Source: an uncultured Methylomirabilota bacterium (GTDB taxonomy: Bacteria > Methylomirabilota > Methylomirabilia > Methylomirabilales > 2-02-FULL-66-22). Taken from it: a stretch of 64,000 bases of DNA. Where the stretch lies: the NCBI GenBank assembly GCA_963845565.1, contig CAWJSJ010000002.1, forward strand, positions 352,001-416,000, read 5' to 3'. This document shows positions 10,211 through 20,060 of the stretch, one piece after another. Numbering within the stretch: position 1 is the first letter of the stretch; each line of letters starts with the position of its first letter. A model generated the notes under the pieces. The model saw only the letters and a list, made by a program, of their open reading frames with translations. It made no database searches and had not been told where the DNA came from. Position numbers and translations under genes: made by a program.

Positions 10211-10992
10211 GCGCACGGCGCTCCCTCGGCGAACCCGCGCCCGAGGTAGGCTTCGATGACCGTCCGGTCCCTGGACACGGCGTCGGGTGGCCCGTCGGCG
10301 ATCTTCTTTCCGTGGTTAAGCACGACCACGCGGTCGGAGATCCCCACCACAAGCCGCATATTGTGCTCGATCAGCAAGACCGTGATCCGCTTCTCGTCGC
10401 GGATCCGGCGGATCAACGCCATCAGTTCATTCGTCTCGGTGGGGTTGAGGCCGGATGCGGGCTCGTCGAGGAGCAGCAGCCGGGGCGACGCCGCCAGCGC
10501 CACCGCCACCTCCAGGATCCGTTGCTTGCCGTATGGAAGGTTCTTGCCGAGCTGGTGAGCCCAGGGCGTGAGGCCGGTGAAGGCCAGGATGTCGGCCGTC
10601 CGGCGGTCCACGTCCACCTGCTCGGCCTGGGCACGCCGGGTGTGGAGCAGGATGCTGGCGATGCCCGCGTTTCGTGTCAGGTGGAATCCCGTGGCGATCC
10701 CGTCGCGGACGGGAATCTCGGAGAAGATATTGGTCTTCTGAAAGGTCCGGACCAACCCCATGGCCGCGATCCGGTAGGGAGGAAGCCCGGCGATCTCCCG
10801 GCCCTGGTACCGGGCGGCCCCCGCGCTGGGTCTGAGAAAGCCGCTCACGAGGTTGAAAAACGTCGTCTTCCCCGCGCCGTTCGGCCCGATGAGGCTGAGG
10901 ATCTCCCCCTCGTCAACAAAGACATCCACCTGGTCTACGGCCTTGAGCCCGCCGAAGTGGATGGAGAGTGCTTGGGTTTCCAAGAGCCGCAC
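10120..10992 (-). CDS. livG: ABC ATP-binding protein (LivG family); true stop probably near 10204 with a 1-nt indel
   Basis: GPNGAGKTT, RTFQ, LPYG, LDEPASG, IEH, EAYLG; GTG at 10992 with GGAGG. Confidence 0.88.
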   Translation of the reverse strand: MRLLETQALSIHFGGLKAVDQVDVFVDEGEILSLIGPNGAGKTTFFNLVSGFLRPSAGAARYQGREIAGLPPYRIAAMGLVRTFQKTNIFSEIPVRDGIATGFHLTRNAGIASILLHTRRAQAEQVDVDRRTADILAFTGLTPWAHQLGKNLPYGKQRILEVAVALAASPRLLLLDEPASGLNPTETNELMALIRRIRDEKRITVLLIEHNMRLVVGISDRVVVLNHGKKIADGPPDAVSRDRTVIEAYLGRGFAEGAPCACLRSQAWRLPTVASRRFTASPSRSRRAAS

Positions 10993-11100
10993 GATTCGCC
11001 TCCCGGCCCGAGACAACCGCCCGCCGATCACGGATCGCGGGTCCCGACACGCAGGGTGGAAACACCGCGCCTCCGTACTTTTCAAGAACGGTCCGGGCCA

Positions 11101-11129
11101 GGTATAGTCAAAGCGATTCTCGGAGTCAA
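11101..11129 (-). promoter_or_regulatory. Putative sigma70 promoter of the liv operon
   Basis: TTGACT-N17-TATACC on the minus strand. Confidence 0.45.
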
Positions 11130-11194
11130 GGCGCCCGGTCGTCGTGTCTAGCGGGCATGACAACGTCGCACGCATCACAGTGGGAGGTCCGGCC

Positions 11195-11945
11195 ATGGAA
11201 CTCAGCGGGCAGGTGGCGATCGTCACGGGGGCGGGGCGGGGCATCGGCCGGGCGACGGCGCTGGCGCTGGCCCGGCGCGGCATCGTGGTTGTTCTGGTGT
11301 GCCCGCACGCGACCGGAGATCGATTCGGTGGCCAGCGAGGCAGAGGCGGTGGGAGCGACGGCCTTGCCGGTCGTCGCCGATCTCGGCCAAGAAGACGAGG
11401 TTGCCGGCATGGTGGACCGAACGCTCCAGGCGTATGGCCGCGTGGACATCCTGGTGAACAACGCCGGGATCGCGCTCCCGGAGCGGCCCGTGGTGGACAC
11501 CAGCCTTGCCGACTGGGAGCGGATCCTCCGGGTCAACCTGACCGGCCCCTTCCTGTGCGCGAGGGCCGTGCTGCCCATCATGATGCGCCAGCAGTCGGGC
11601 AAGATCATCAACGTCGCGTCCATCGGGGGGCGGATGGGGATCGCCGGCATCGCCGCCTACGGCGCAGCCAAGGCGGGGCTGCTCCACTTCACGGCCAGCC
11701 TCGCGGCGGAGGTGAAGCGGTTCGGGATCGACGTGAACGCCGTCTGCCCCAGCGGGACGGACACCCGGATGCTTCACGAGGCCGGTCGGGCAAAGGGGCG
11801 GACCAACCTGATCCGGCCCGAGGAGATCGCGAACGTGATCCTGTTTCTGGTCTCCCCCGAATCCTCGGCCATCACGGGAACGGCCATTGACGCCTACGGA
11901 ATGAGCAACCCCCTGTTCGGGCCCTTGCTGCCGGGCGGGAAGTGA
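11195..11945 (+). CDS. SDR family oxidoreductase, frameshift near 11295
   Basis: TGAGRGIG in one frame; NNAG and YGAAK in the next. Confidence 0.85.
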
Positions 11946-12215
11946 CGGCGGCGACGCCGCCGGTGATCTCGTTCTCCGGCGGGCCCTTCTGTCCCGTGCG
12001 CCTGATGCGGCGGGTCCGAATACTGAGGCGCGGCGAGACGAGGCGGGGATGAAGGAAAGATCAGGCGCTTCACGGCAGGCGTTCTTTATGAATGGAGAAG
12101 GACCATCGAATCCACCCCGGCAGAAACACTCACGCTCAGGCGGCCCCCGTCTTCTGGCAACCGGTGGCGGTCAATGGTCTATTTATCTTGCCCGAATACC
12201 CTACTCCGCGCTAAA

Positions 12216-12344
12216 CAGGCTGCTGAAAATGCCCATCTGCGTCGTTGGAGCGCTCGGGCACTCGTTGCGGCGTACCGGAAGTACGCCTCACTTGACCCTT
12301 TGCACTCCGCCTAGCATCTGGACCTGTCATTCTTTGACAACGGC
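12216..12344. repeat. Family-A repeat, copy 2 (reverse orientation), ending in a family-B terminus
   Basis: CAGGCTGCTGAAAATGCCCATCTGC...CGTAC..GTACGCC...GCATCTGGACC, then TTCTTTGACAACGGC|TTA. Confidence 0.75.
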
Positions 12345-12830
12345 TTACTTCGGTTTTTCTCCCAACGGGCCGACGGCAATCGTCACCTTGGTCGTCCCTG
12401 TCCAACTTTCAGTAATTCTGATGGTGGCAGTTTTCTCAGGTTTTGAGAAGCTGAGATGCGCTTCCTTTCCTTTGAAGGAGTTCACAAACGTCCACCCATC
12501 CTTTGCCATATTGTACACAAAGAAATCGATCAACGACGGAACGTCGAGGCGCCATTTTGAGAAGCGGAGAACGCCCGCTTTGAACTTCGCGGTTTCATAG
12601 AGCATCGATTCATCCGCATCATAATTCAATTCGCTCGGGACGCGGACATCATCAAGGTAAACCCTCCCCAGTTCCCCCCCTGCTGCACTTCCCCCTGCAG
12701 TTGGTCCCGTTACCGGTTGACCCGGTTGCTGCTCTGCGGTAGTCGTCGAACAGCCCATTCCCGCTAATCCGAAAAGCGCAACCCAGCACATCGCCATCAC
12801 CAACTTCTTCTGAACGATTTTGGCAAACAT
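12345..12830 (-). CDS. Hypothetical lipoprotein
   Basis: Lipobox-like LAGMG-C; GGAGG RBS; visibly AT-richer than neighbours. Confidence 0.75.
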   Translation of the reverse strand: MFAKIVQKKLVMAMCWVALFGLAGMGCSTTTAEQQPGQPVTGPTAGGSAAGGELGRVYLDDVRVPSELNYDADESMLYETAKFKAGVLRFSKWRLDVPSLIDFFVYNMAKDGWTFVNSFKGKEAHLSFSKPEKTATIRITESWTGTTKVTIAVGPLGEKPK

Positions 12831-13124
12831 GGGTTCCTCCTGTTCTGCGAGACAAGTTGAAGTTTTGTACCTTTCGGGCGAAAGAATAGCAAGAGGAAAA
12901 AGGGGCCCGTGTGAACGGAATATGGCGTGGCTCGCCCCGCGATCTGCACTCTTCCAACACGCTGCCTTACGAACCGAGCGGCACGGCGGGAGAGGATTGA
13001 CCCTGCATGTCCCGAGGCTCGTGGGGCTCTGGGTCCTCGGTCGGCTATCGAGCCGGCGTGGATCGGCGTACCTGGCGCCAGAACACACAGAACACCAGAG
13101 ATTCCAGCCGACAAACGGCGAGCG

Positions 13125-13468
13125 ATGATCTGGGGGCCGCACGCCCGGCGCGACCCGCCACGACTTCGTCGCCATCGGCTCCCTGACGCTGATGCCCACC
13201 GTGCTCAGCGTTCCGGTCGACAGCCCCTGGAAGAGCGTCGCCGACCTGGTGAAGGACGCCAAGGCCAAGCCGGGGTTCTACGCCTTCGGCTCCTCCGGCG
13301 TGCTCACACCGACCCACATCGGAGCCGAACAGTTCGCGCGGGCGTACGGGCGGTGAGGTTCGCTTCATGACCGGTCCGGAACTGGCCAGGTATTGGGACA
13401 AGGAATCCGAGGACAACATCCAGATCCTGAAGCAGCTCCAGAAGGAAGGCGTCAAGCCGGGCCAGTGA
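13125..13468 (+). pseudogene. Remnant of a Bug/TctC tripartite tricarboxylate transporter binding protein
   Basis: HDFVAIGSLTLMPTVLSVPVDSPWKSVADLVKDAKAKPGFYAFGSSG...H joined directly to C-terminal FMTGPELARYWDKE; no N-terminus. Confidence 0.7.
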
Positions 13469-13492
13469 GCCGCGGTCGGTGCGCAGCTCACG

Positions 13493-13530
13493 AAAAAGGC
13501 CCTCTGGCCGACTTGGCCGGAGGGCCTTCG
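13493..13530. terminator. Hairpin between convergent genes
   Basis: AAAAAGGCCCTCTGGCC-GACTT-GGCCGGAGGGCCTT; U-tract on the minus strand after the Ldh_2 gene. Confidence 0.65.
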
Positions 13531-13542
13531 TGTTCAGGAAAG

Positions 13543-14610
13543 TCAGTCCAGGCGATCCGCGAGCTTGAGCTCCGCGGCCAGCCCTTGCAGGCTCGCCACG
13601 ACGGCCGGGGCCAGCGGGACTCCATGCTCCAGGCGGTCGCGCATCCGATAGTATTCGATCTCGCCCGGCAACCAGATCCGGTCCACGGTCTCCATGCGCT
13701 TGGATTCCCGGATCTCTCGGATCGACCGATCCATCTCCTGCTTGAAGCTCTCGACGGACTGGAAATTGTCCACCCGCATCGCCAGGATCATGTGTCCGCT
13801 GTTGTTCCGGGCGCCGAGATCCTTGTTGAAGTCGACCACGTTGCGGCCGAAGGCCCCCCCGTTGAGCACGCCGGCCAGCATGCCGATGATCACGTTCAGG
13901 CCATACCCCTTGTAGCCCCCGATCGGCAAGAGGAACCCCTCGGAGGAGCGTTTGGGGTCGGTGAGGGGCTGTCCGTGCCGGTCGATCATCCAGCCGACCG
14001 GAATCGACTCCCCCTTCTGGGCCGCCAGCTTCACCTTGCCGTAGGAGGTCACCGTCGTTGCGATATCCAACACGACGGGCGGTTCCGTGCCGGCCGGAAC
14101 GGCGAAGGAGATAGGATTCGTGCCCAGGATCAGCTCGACCCCACCCCAGGGTGCCATGTGGTTCCCGTTCGCCACGGTCATGTACATGCCGATCATATCG
14201 TGCGCCAGCGGCATCGAGGAGTAGACGGCGCCGGCACCCGCGTGATTGCCGTTGCGCGTCCCGACCCATGCCAGGCCGGACTCCGCGGCCTTCTTGATCG
14301 CCAACTGGGTCGCGTAGGTCATCACCACGTGGCCCATGGCGTTGTCCCCGTCCACCAGCGCCGTCACCGCGTTCTCGCGGATGGTCCGCACCGTCGGACG
14401 CAGGTTGATCCCGTTGGCGCGAATCCGTTGGCTATAGTGGGGCAGGCGGAAGATGCCGTGGGTGTCCACGCCGCGCAGGTCTGCCTCCACCATGCGGGTC
14501 GCGCAGATCGCCGCATCCTGCTCCGTAAGCCCCAGCGCCACCAATGCGCTGGCGATGAAGGCCTCCAATCGCCGTACCGGAAATGTGCGTGCGGTTCCTT
14601 CGGATGCCAT
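13543..14610 (-). CDS. Ldh_2 family (malate/L-lactate/L-sulfolactate) dehydrogenase
   Basis: ADLRGVDTHG, NGNHAG, GTNPIS, GGYKGYGL, LPGE. Confidence 0.9.
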   Translation of the reverse strand: MASEGTARTFPVRRLEAFIASALVALGLTEQDAAICATRMVEADLRGVDTHGIFRLPHYSQRIRANGINLRPTVRTIRENAVTALVDGDNAMGHVVMTYATQLAIKKAAESGLAWVGTRNGNHAGAGAVYSSMPLAHDMIGMYMTVANGNHMAPWGGVELILGTNPISFAVPAGTEPPVVLDIATTVTSYGKVKLAAQKGESIPVGWMIDRHGQPLTDPKRSSEGFLLPIGGYKGYGLNVIIGMLAGVLNGGAFGRNVVDFNKDLGARNNSGHMILAMRVDNFQSVESFKQEMDRSIREIRESKRMETVDRIWLPGEIEYYRMRDRLEHGVPLAPAVVASLQGLAAELKLADRLD

Positions 14611-14692
14611 GCGATATCTCCCTTCGTCCCTGGAGTCGTGAGTGGGAAATGCGATCCCGCGGTGCGGCGTCCGGCGCCGACCCTCGGCGGCG

Positions 14693-15142
14693 CTACTTCC
14701 CGTGCTCGGATGCGATGCTGTGCGTCTCCCCGGTGGCGATGAGGGTGCGGGTTGCGCCGGGAGAGGCGTAGGTCCAGAAGATCCGGAGCGGCTGCGCGTC
14801 GGAGGTGTTCTTGAATCGGTGCGGCACACCGGCGGGGACCCAGGTCGTGTCGAACGTATTGACCGCGTGATCCGCCCCGTCCAGCTCCACTACCCCTTGC
14901 CCTTCGAGGACGATCACGCTCTCCTCACAGTTGTGCGCATGAAGCCCGATCGCCTTCCCCGGGGCAATGACGGTGATCCCGTTGAGCATCTGCTGGGAGC
15001 CGACCCGGGGAGAGACCAGCGGGATCGTCTTGTTGCCGCCGCCCCGGTCGGTCGCGGGCAGCTCGGCCGGGCGCAGGATGGTGAACCTCGCCGGGGGTTC
15101 GGGCCGACTGATCGGCTCAGGGGGAGCGGTTGACGCACTCAT
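14693..15142 (-). CDS. Cupin domain protein
   Basis: HAHNCEE and PAGVPHRF metal-binding motifs. Confidence 0.85.
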   Translation of the reverse strand: MSASTAPPEPISRPEPPARFTILRPAELPATDRGGGNKTIPLVSPRVGSQQMLNGITVIAPGKAIGLHAHNCEESVIVLEGQGVVELDGADHAVNTFDTTWVPAGVPHRFKNTSDAQPLRIFWTYASPGATRTLIATGETHSIASEHGK

Positions 15143-15377
15143 GCCGAGATCCTTTCGCGCGTTTTCATTGCGCTGGCGTGCAACAGAAAATGAGCGGAAT
15201 ACCACGATCGGGCTCTGCCTTTTCTATCACAGGCTCCGCTTCGCGCGCAACACTGCCCACCGAACCAATAGGGCCCCGAAAGGCAAGTGAAACCGGACGC
15301 ACCGTTTTCAACGTGTTGGAAGTCGGTCACCGGCCAATGCTTCGATCGGGAGAGATTTCTGCTTGCCGTCGGCGCGG

Positions 15378-15493
15378 GCCGATCAGGCCTGGCCGGCGTA
15401 GCTGAGGGCGGTGAGCACGTACACCTTGGCGGCTCGCACGAGGTCGGCGAAGGGGACCGGCCCCAGGTCGGCGTAGGCGCCCTGGCCACCGGG
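15378..15493 (-). repeat. Duplicated 3' end of the M20 peptidase gene (direct repeat of 20056-20171)
   Basis: 116 bp; first 65 bp identical, 5 mismatches in the remaining 51. Confidence 0.9.
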
Positions 15494-15535
15494 ACCGGGG
15501 GCGGCCCGCAATCCATCGCCGGTGGCCGTCGGGCT

Positions 15536-16684
15536 TCAGCGGGATGCCGGGATGACCCGCAGGATGCGCCCGTCGCTGTGGTCGGTCAACAGATACGGGT
15601 GCCCATCCGGCCCTTGCCGCACGTCTCGGATCCGCTCGCCCAGGTCGCCGAGGTAGCGCTCTTCCAGCGCCACGCGCCCGTCTGCCAGGCGCAGCCGGAC
15701 CAGGAGCCCCGGCCGGAGCGAGCCGATCAGGAGGCTGCCCTTCCAGGCGGGGATCGCATCGCCGGTGTAGAAGAGCAGACCGGACGGCGCGATCACCGGA
15801 TCCCAGTAGTAGAGCGGCTGCTCCATGCCCGGCTTGGCCGTCCCCTCGCCGATCTTCGGTCCCCAGTATTCCGCGCCGTAGGTGATGACGGGCCAGCCGT
15901 AGTTCTTGCCGACCTCGGGCCGGTTCAGCTCGTCGCCGCCGCGCGGCCCATGCTCCACGATCCAGAGCTGTCCGGTCTCCGGATGGAGCGTGGCGCCCTG
16001 GACGTTGCGATGGCCGTAGGACCAGATCTCGGGCTGGGCGCCGGCGCGGCCGACGAACGGGTTGTCGGCCGGTACCGTTCCGTCCGGATGGATGCGCACA
16101 ATCTTTCCCATCCCGACCACCAGGTCCTGCGCGCCGTTCCGGTAGGCGTACCGATCCCCCTGTGTGATGAACAGCGTGCCGTCCCGGCCGAAGACGAGCC
16201 GGGACCCGAAATGGTTCGTGCCCGAGACCTTCGGCCGCTGCCGGTAGATCACGCGGACGTTTTCGATCCCGCTGTCGCCGAGCCGGCCGCGCGCGACCGC
16301 GGTTCCGGCCGTGCCGCCATCGCCGGGCTCCGCGTAGCTCAGGTAGACGAGGCGGTTCTCGCCGAAGCGCGGGTCCAGGGCCACGTCGAGCAGGCCGCCT
16401 TGCCCGCGGGCCTGAACCGCCGGCACCCCGGCAAACGGTGCGGAGATCCCCCCATCCTTGCCCACCATCCGGAGCCGCCCGGGCCGCTCCGTGACCAGCA
16501 TGCGGCCATCCGGCAAGAACGCCAGCCCCCAGGGATGCTCGAGGCCGCGGGCCACGGTCTCCGCACGGACCACGCCGTCAATCGGCTTCGGCGTCGGCGA
16601 CCGCGGCGCTTGCGCTTCCACACCCCCGACCACACCAAGCAGCGCCCAGACGCCGACCACGATCCGTACCAGCCCGTGTGACAT
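15536..16684 (-). CDS. PQQ-dependent sugar dehydrogenase (GSDH/YliI family)
   Basis: Signal peptide; [49 protein letters not shown]. Confidence 0.92.
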   Translation of the reverse strand: MSHGLVRIVVGVWALLGVVGGVEAQAPRSPTPKPIDGVVRAETVARGLEHPWGLAFLPDGRMLVTERPGRLRMVGKDGGISAPFAGVPAVQARGQGGLLDVALDPRFGENRLVYLSYAEPGDGGTAGTAVARGRLGDSGIENVRVIYRQRPKVSGTNHFGSRLVFGRDGTLFITQGDRYAYRNGAQDLVVGMGKIVRIHPDGTVPADNPFVGRAGAQPEIWSYGHRNVQGATLHPETGQLWIVEHGPRGGDELNRPEVGKNYGWPVITYGAEYWGPKIGEGTAKPGMEQPLYYWDPVIAPSGLLFYTGDAIPAWKGSLLIGSLRPGLLVRLRLADGRVALEERYLGDLGERIRDVRQGPDGHPYLLTDHSDGRILRVIPASR

Positions 16685-16841
16685 CTTTGCCTCCTCCACG
16701 CCGTGCCTTGGCCTCGCTTCCCCGAGAGACCCCGCAAAGCATCGTAGGCCGCTAGCCGCGTCGAGGCAAGGGTCGGCACTCGGGAGACAGGAGGCAGCCC
16801 AGACAGATGCAGGAAGAATGCCGCGGATCGACGGTCCGCTA

Positions 16842-17165
16842 TTAAAGCAGACGCAGGCGGAGGAGGCGTTGGGCCAGGCGGTAGATGTCCTCGCGCGACC
16901 CTTCCGCGCGGCGACCAATTGCGACGACCAGGACCTCGACGTGGGCCTGGTGAACTCGGTAGACGATCCGAAAGCGCTGACCCGCGGCTCTTAGGCTGCG
17001 GTATCCCTTGAGCTCACCCAAGAGCGCCTTTCCTTGGAGTTCGGGATCCACTGCCAGTCCGTCGATACGATCGCGGACCCGCTCCCGCGTGCGGCGGTCC
17101 GTGATGGCAACGAGCATGGACCGTGCCGTGGGCGTCAGGACGAGCCGATACTGAGCGGGCGTCAC
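16842..17165 (-). CDS. RelE/ParE family toxin
   Basis: [16 protein letters not shown]...RFRIVY; GTGA overlap with the antitoxin stop. Confidence 0.85.
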   Translation of the reverse strand: MTPAQYRLVLTPTARSMLVAITDRRTRERVRDRIDGLAVDPELQGKALLGELKGYRSLRAAGQRFRIVYRVHQAHVEVLVVAIGRRAEGSREDIYRLAQRLLRLRLL

Positions 17166-17437
17166 AGGTGCAGATCCTGTTTCACTTTCTCCCACGGGAT
17201 GGTTTTTCCGGTCCGCACTTCTTTCAGACTCCGGTGCAGCGCCAGCATCAGCGTCTCATCCCCCAGGACCTCCAGCGTCTCCACCAGACTCTCGTAGAAA
17301 TCGTACGGCATGACTGTCAGGACGGGTTTGCCCCGCTTTGTCACGGTGACGGCTTCGGTCGCGGGCGGGCGGTTCAACTGCTCGGCCAGATCCAGGAGTT
17401 GCGATCGGGCCTCGGTGATGGTCAGTGTTTTCGCCAT
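17162..17437 (-). CDS. Phd/YefM family antitoxin
   Basis: LTITEAR..L, VTVTKRGKP, YESLVETLEVL. Confidence 0.88.
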   Translation of the reverse strand: MAKTLTITEARSQLLDLAEQLNRPPATEAVTVTKRGKPVLTVMPYDFYESLVETLEVLGDETLMLALHRSLKEVRTGKTIPWEKVKQDLHL

Positions 17438-17453
17438 CGCTGGGTCTCCTCTC

Positions 17454-17492
17454 TGTACAGTGCAATGTACAGTCCGCTGCCCATTTCGTCAA
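17454..17492 (-). promoter_or_regulatory. Toxin-antitoxin promoter and operator
   Basis: TTGACG-N17-TACATT; two TGTACA palindromes (17454, 17466) 12 bp apart, one overlapping the -10. Confidence 0.75.
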
Positions 17493-17504
17493 TTGGAAAC
17501 CCGC

Positions 17505-17656
17505 AATTCGGGGGACACCATACTCATTTCCGCTGTCGTGCCGCGGGTTCCGGCGTTGGATAATGGGTTGCGAGATGCCGGAGGACCGCCCGGGCAATGC
17601 GCTCCATGGCTTCAACCCGGGATCTACTCCTCAAATTCAATGGTGTCCCCAGAATT
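17505..17656 (-). mobile_element. Internally deleted REP-associated tyrosine transposase (RAYT-like) remnant
   Basis: Inverted ends AATTCGGGGGACACCAT / ATGGTGTCCCCAGAATT enclose MERIARAV + SGISQPIIQRRN, resembling a RAYT N-terminus. Confidence 0.6.
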
Positions 17657-17794
17657 CCGGGGGATAGAATCGGGGAGCGATCCCCGCAATGGGTCTTCGG
17701 CCGATCCATGTCGTCCCGAACGGCTTGCCGCATTTATTTCAGCGTTGCACGCCTGACTGTGCTGGTGCAATACATACCGTTGGCGACCGCCCCA

Positions 17795-17823
17795 TTGACA
17801 GAGGGGCCCCAATTGCTTACAGT
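17795..17823 (+). promoter_or_regulatory. Putative sigma70 promoter of HU
   Basis: TTGACA-N17-TACAGT. Confidence 0.6.
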
Positions 17824-17880
17824 GCCCCTGCACCCCGCTGGAGACGCGGGGATCATGTCCACTCACACACGGGAGGCGCT

Positions 17881-18180
17881 ATGGCCAAGGTGATGACGAA
17901 GACGCAGGTAGTCGCCCATCTGGCGGAGCAGGTCGAGTTGCCCAAGAAGACGGTGGCGTCCGTGCTCGAGGCCCTCGTGGCCCTCGCCACGAAAGAAGCC
18001 AAGGCGACCGGGCAGTTCGTGGTCCCCGGGCTGGGAAAGGCCGTGAAAGCCGCCCGCAAGGCGCGCATGGGCCGGAATCCGCAGACGGGGGCGGCCATCA
18101 AGATCCCGGCAAAGACCGTGGTGCGCTTCCGCTTGGCTAAGGCGTTCAAGGACGCCATCGTCCCGCCGAAGAAGAAGTAG
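17881..18180 (+). CDS. HU family DNA-binding protein
   Basis: MTKTQVV..LAE, GLG, RKARMGRNPQTG, IKIPAK. Confidence 0.93.
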   Translation: MAKVMTKTQVVAHLAEQVELPKKTVASVLEALVALATKEAKATGQFVVPGLGKAVKAARKARMGRNPQTGAAIKIPAKTVVRFRLAKAFKDAIVPPKKK

Positions 18181-18308
18181 CCATCGCACCCGCCAGGCTC
18201 GTCCATTGGTCACCCCACCCGCCGCGGGCCGCCCGCGGCGGGTGGGGTGATACGGGCCTCGTCGATTGCCCGCCGGACCGGCTGGCCTCGTACGAACGCC
18301 TCGGTTGA

Positions 18309-18479
18309 CAGTCGGGCAATTCGCCGATCCGCGCAAACAGAGTGACCGCGCTGACAGCCCGCATCACCGACGGGACGTATCAGGTGCCCGGTGCGGACAT
18401 CGCCGCGCGCATGTTGGCGGACGAGGCGGACGTCGTTTTCTCGGCGAGACCAAGGACAACAGCGCAAGAGGTTCGTTGA
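18309..18479 (+). pseudogene. FlgM-like (anti-sigma-28) C-terminal fragment
   Basis: Frame absent from the ORF track reads IRANRVTALTARITDGTYQVPGADIAARML; in-frame TGA at 18306. Confidence 0.5.
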
Positions 18480-18540
18480 TCGCGCGTCGTCGCTGCCCGG
18501 ATGCCCGGGCGGGCCTTGGAACACGTGAAAGGAGTGACGC

Positions 18541-18954
18541 ATGGCGGCACCGCTAGACTACCAGTTTGACCACATTCATGTGTTTTGTTCGAACGTCGAG
18601 GCCACCGAGCGCTGGTTCGTCGCGGGGCTCGGCGCCGAGCTTGTGGAGCGCCGAGCCGCGCGGGGAGCGCTCACCACCGAACTGCGGTTGGGTGGCACCC
18701 AGGTACTGATCCGGGGTGCCCGGGAGGGGGAGCAGCTGGTGCCGGCCGGCGTGCGTCACTTTGGCACGGACCACTTCGGCCTCCAGGTCGCCGATGTGGA
18801 TGCCACCGTCGCGGAGCTGCGACGGCGGGGGGTCACGATCGACGTCGAGCCCTGGGATTTCGGGCCGCACCTGCGGATCGCCTTCGTCAAGGGACCGGAT
18901 GACGTCCGGATCGAACTCCTTCAAACCAAAACAGCGCCGACCGCCACCGCGTAG
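18541..18954 (+). CDS. VOC/glyoxalase family protein
   Basis: FDHIH, DHFGLQV, AFVKGPDDVRIEL; GGAG RBS. Confidence 0.88.
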   Translation: MAAPLDYQFDHIHVFCSNVEATERWFVAGLGAELVERRAARGALTTELRLGGTQVLIRGAREGEQLVPAGVRHFGTDHFGLQVADVDATVAELRRRGVTIDVEPWDFGPHLRIAFVKGPDDVRIELLQTKTAPTATA

Positions 18955-19144
18955 GGAGGCGTGGCCACGCAGGCGCCGTGAGGGGTCGGGAGAGAACACT
19001 CCCGACGGAAAAGGCATCGGTCGAGCCGCGGGGCGAGGAGATTCGCTCCAGAAACCCAACGGTTGGGGGCGGTGAAACCGATCCCGGGGTGTGATACAGT
19101 CCCGACGTTCGGATGCCGCATTCCCACTTACACCGGAGGATGTC

Positions 19145-19894
19145 ATGGAACTACAAGGAGCCGTTGCCGTCGTCACCGGAGCCACGGGGGGCCTCGGGCA
19201 GCGGATCGCCCGGGCGTTAGCCGTCCAGGGGGCGCATGTCGCCGGGATCTACCAAACCTCACAGGCACAAGCCGAGGCGTTGGTCGCCGAATGGTCGGCC
19301 CTGGGGTCGCGCAGTGCGGCCTTTCAGGCCGATGTCACCGACGCGGCCTCGATCCAGCCGATGGTCGAGCGGATCCTGGCCGAGTTCGGCCGAATAGACA
19401 TTCTCGTCAACAACGCCGCCTACAACCAACTGGTGCCGTTCAAGGATCTGGACGGGCTGACGCTGGAGTTGTGGGAGCGCATCCTCCGGATCAATACCAC
19501 CGGCCCCTTCCTCTGCGTCAAGGCCGTGGCGCCGGTCATGCAGCGCCAGAAGCAGGGGCGGATCGTCAACGTGACCTCGGTCGCCGGGCTGGCCCCATCC
19601 GGGAGCAGCATCGCCTACGCCGTCTCCAAGGCGGCGCTCACCCACTTGACGCGCTGCCTGGCCGTGGCACTGGGCCCCGAGATCGCCGTCAACGCCGTGG
19701 CGCCCGGGCTGCTGCGCGGCACGAAAATGACGGCCCGGCTGTCGCCCGATTTCGTCGAGCGGGGGCTCAAGCAGTCCGCGCTGCAGAAGCTGGTGGAGCT
19801 GGACGACGTGGCCGACCAGGTCGTGACGTTTTGCCGGAGCGACAGCACGACCGGGCAGGTGATGGTGGTGGATGCGGGGCGGGTGTACCACTAG
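19145..19894 (+). CDS. SDR family oxidoreductase
   Basis: TGATGGLG, NNAA, YAVSK. Confidence 0.9.
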   Translation: MELQGAVAVVTGATGGLGQRIARALAVQGAHVAGIYQTSQAQAEALVAEWSALGSRSAAFQADVTDAASIQPMVERILAEFGRIDILVNNAAYNQLVPFKDLDGLTLELWERILRINTTGPFLCVKAVAPVMQRQKQGRIVNVTSVAGLAPSGSSIAYAVSKAALTHLTRCLAVALGPEIAVNAVAPGLLRGTKMTARLSPDFVERGLKQSALQKLVELDDVADQVVTFCRSDSTTGQVMVVDAGRVYH

Positions 19895-20060
19895 ACGGGG
19901 ACGACACGGACCTGGCCTCTGCAAGGCATGCGGCCGTTTCGTGAGGAACGCCAATTATTGCGCGGACGTCGGCTGGATTCCCGTGGCGGTTGCCCACCGC
20001 CACGGCACGAAAGAGAGGGGCGGTATTCCATGGGTTTGGTGGTGCGGACGGGTGAGCCGA

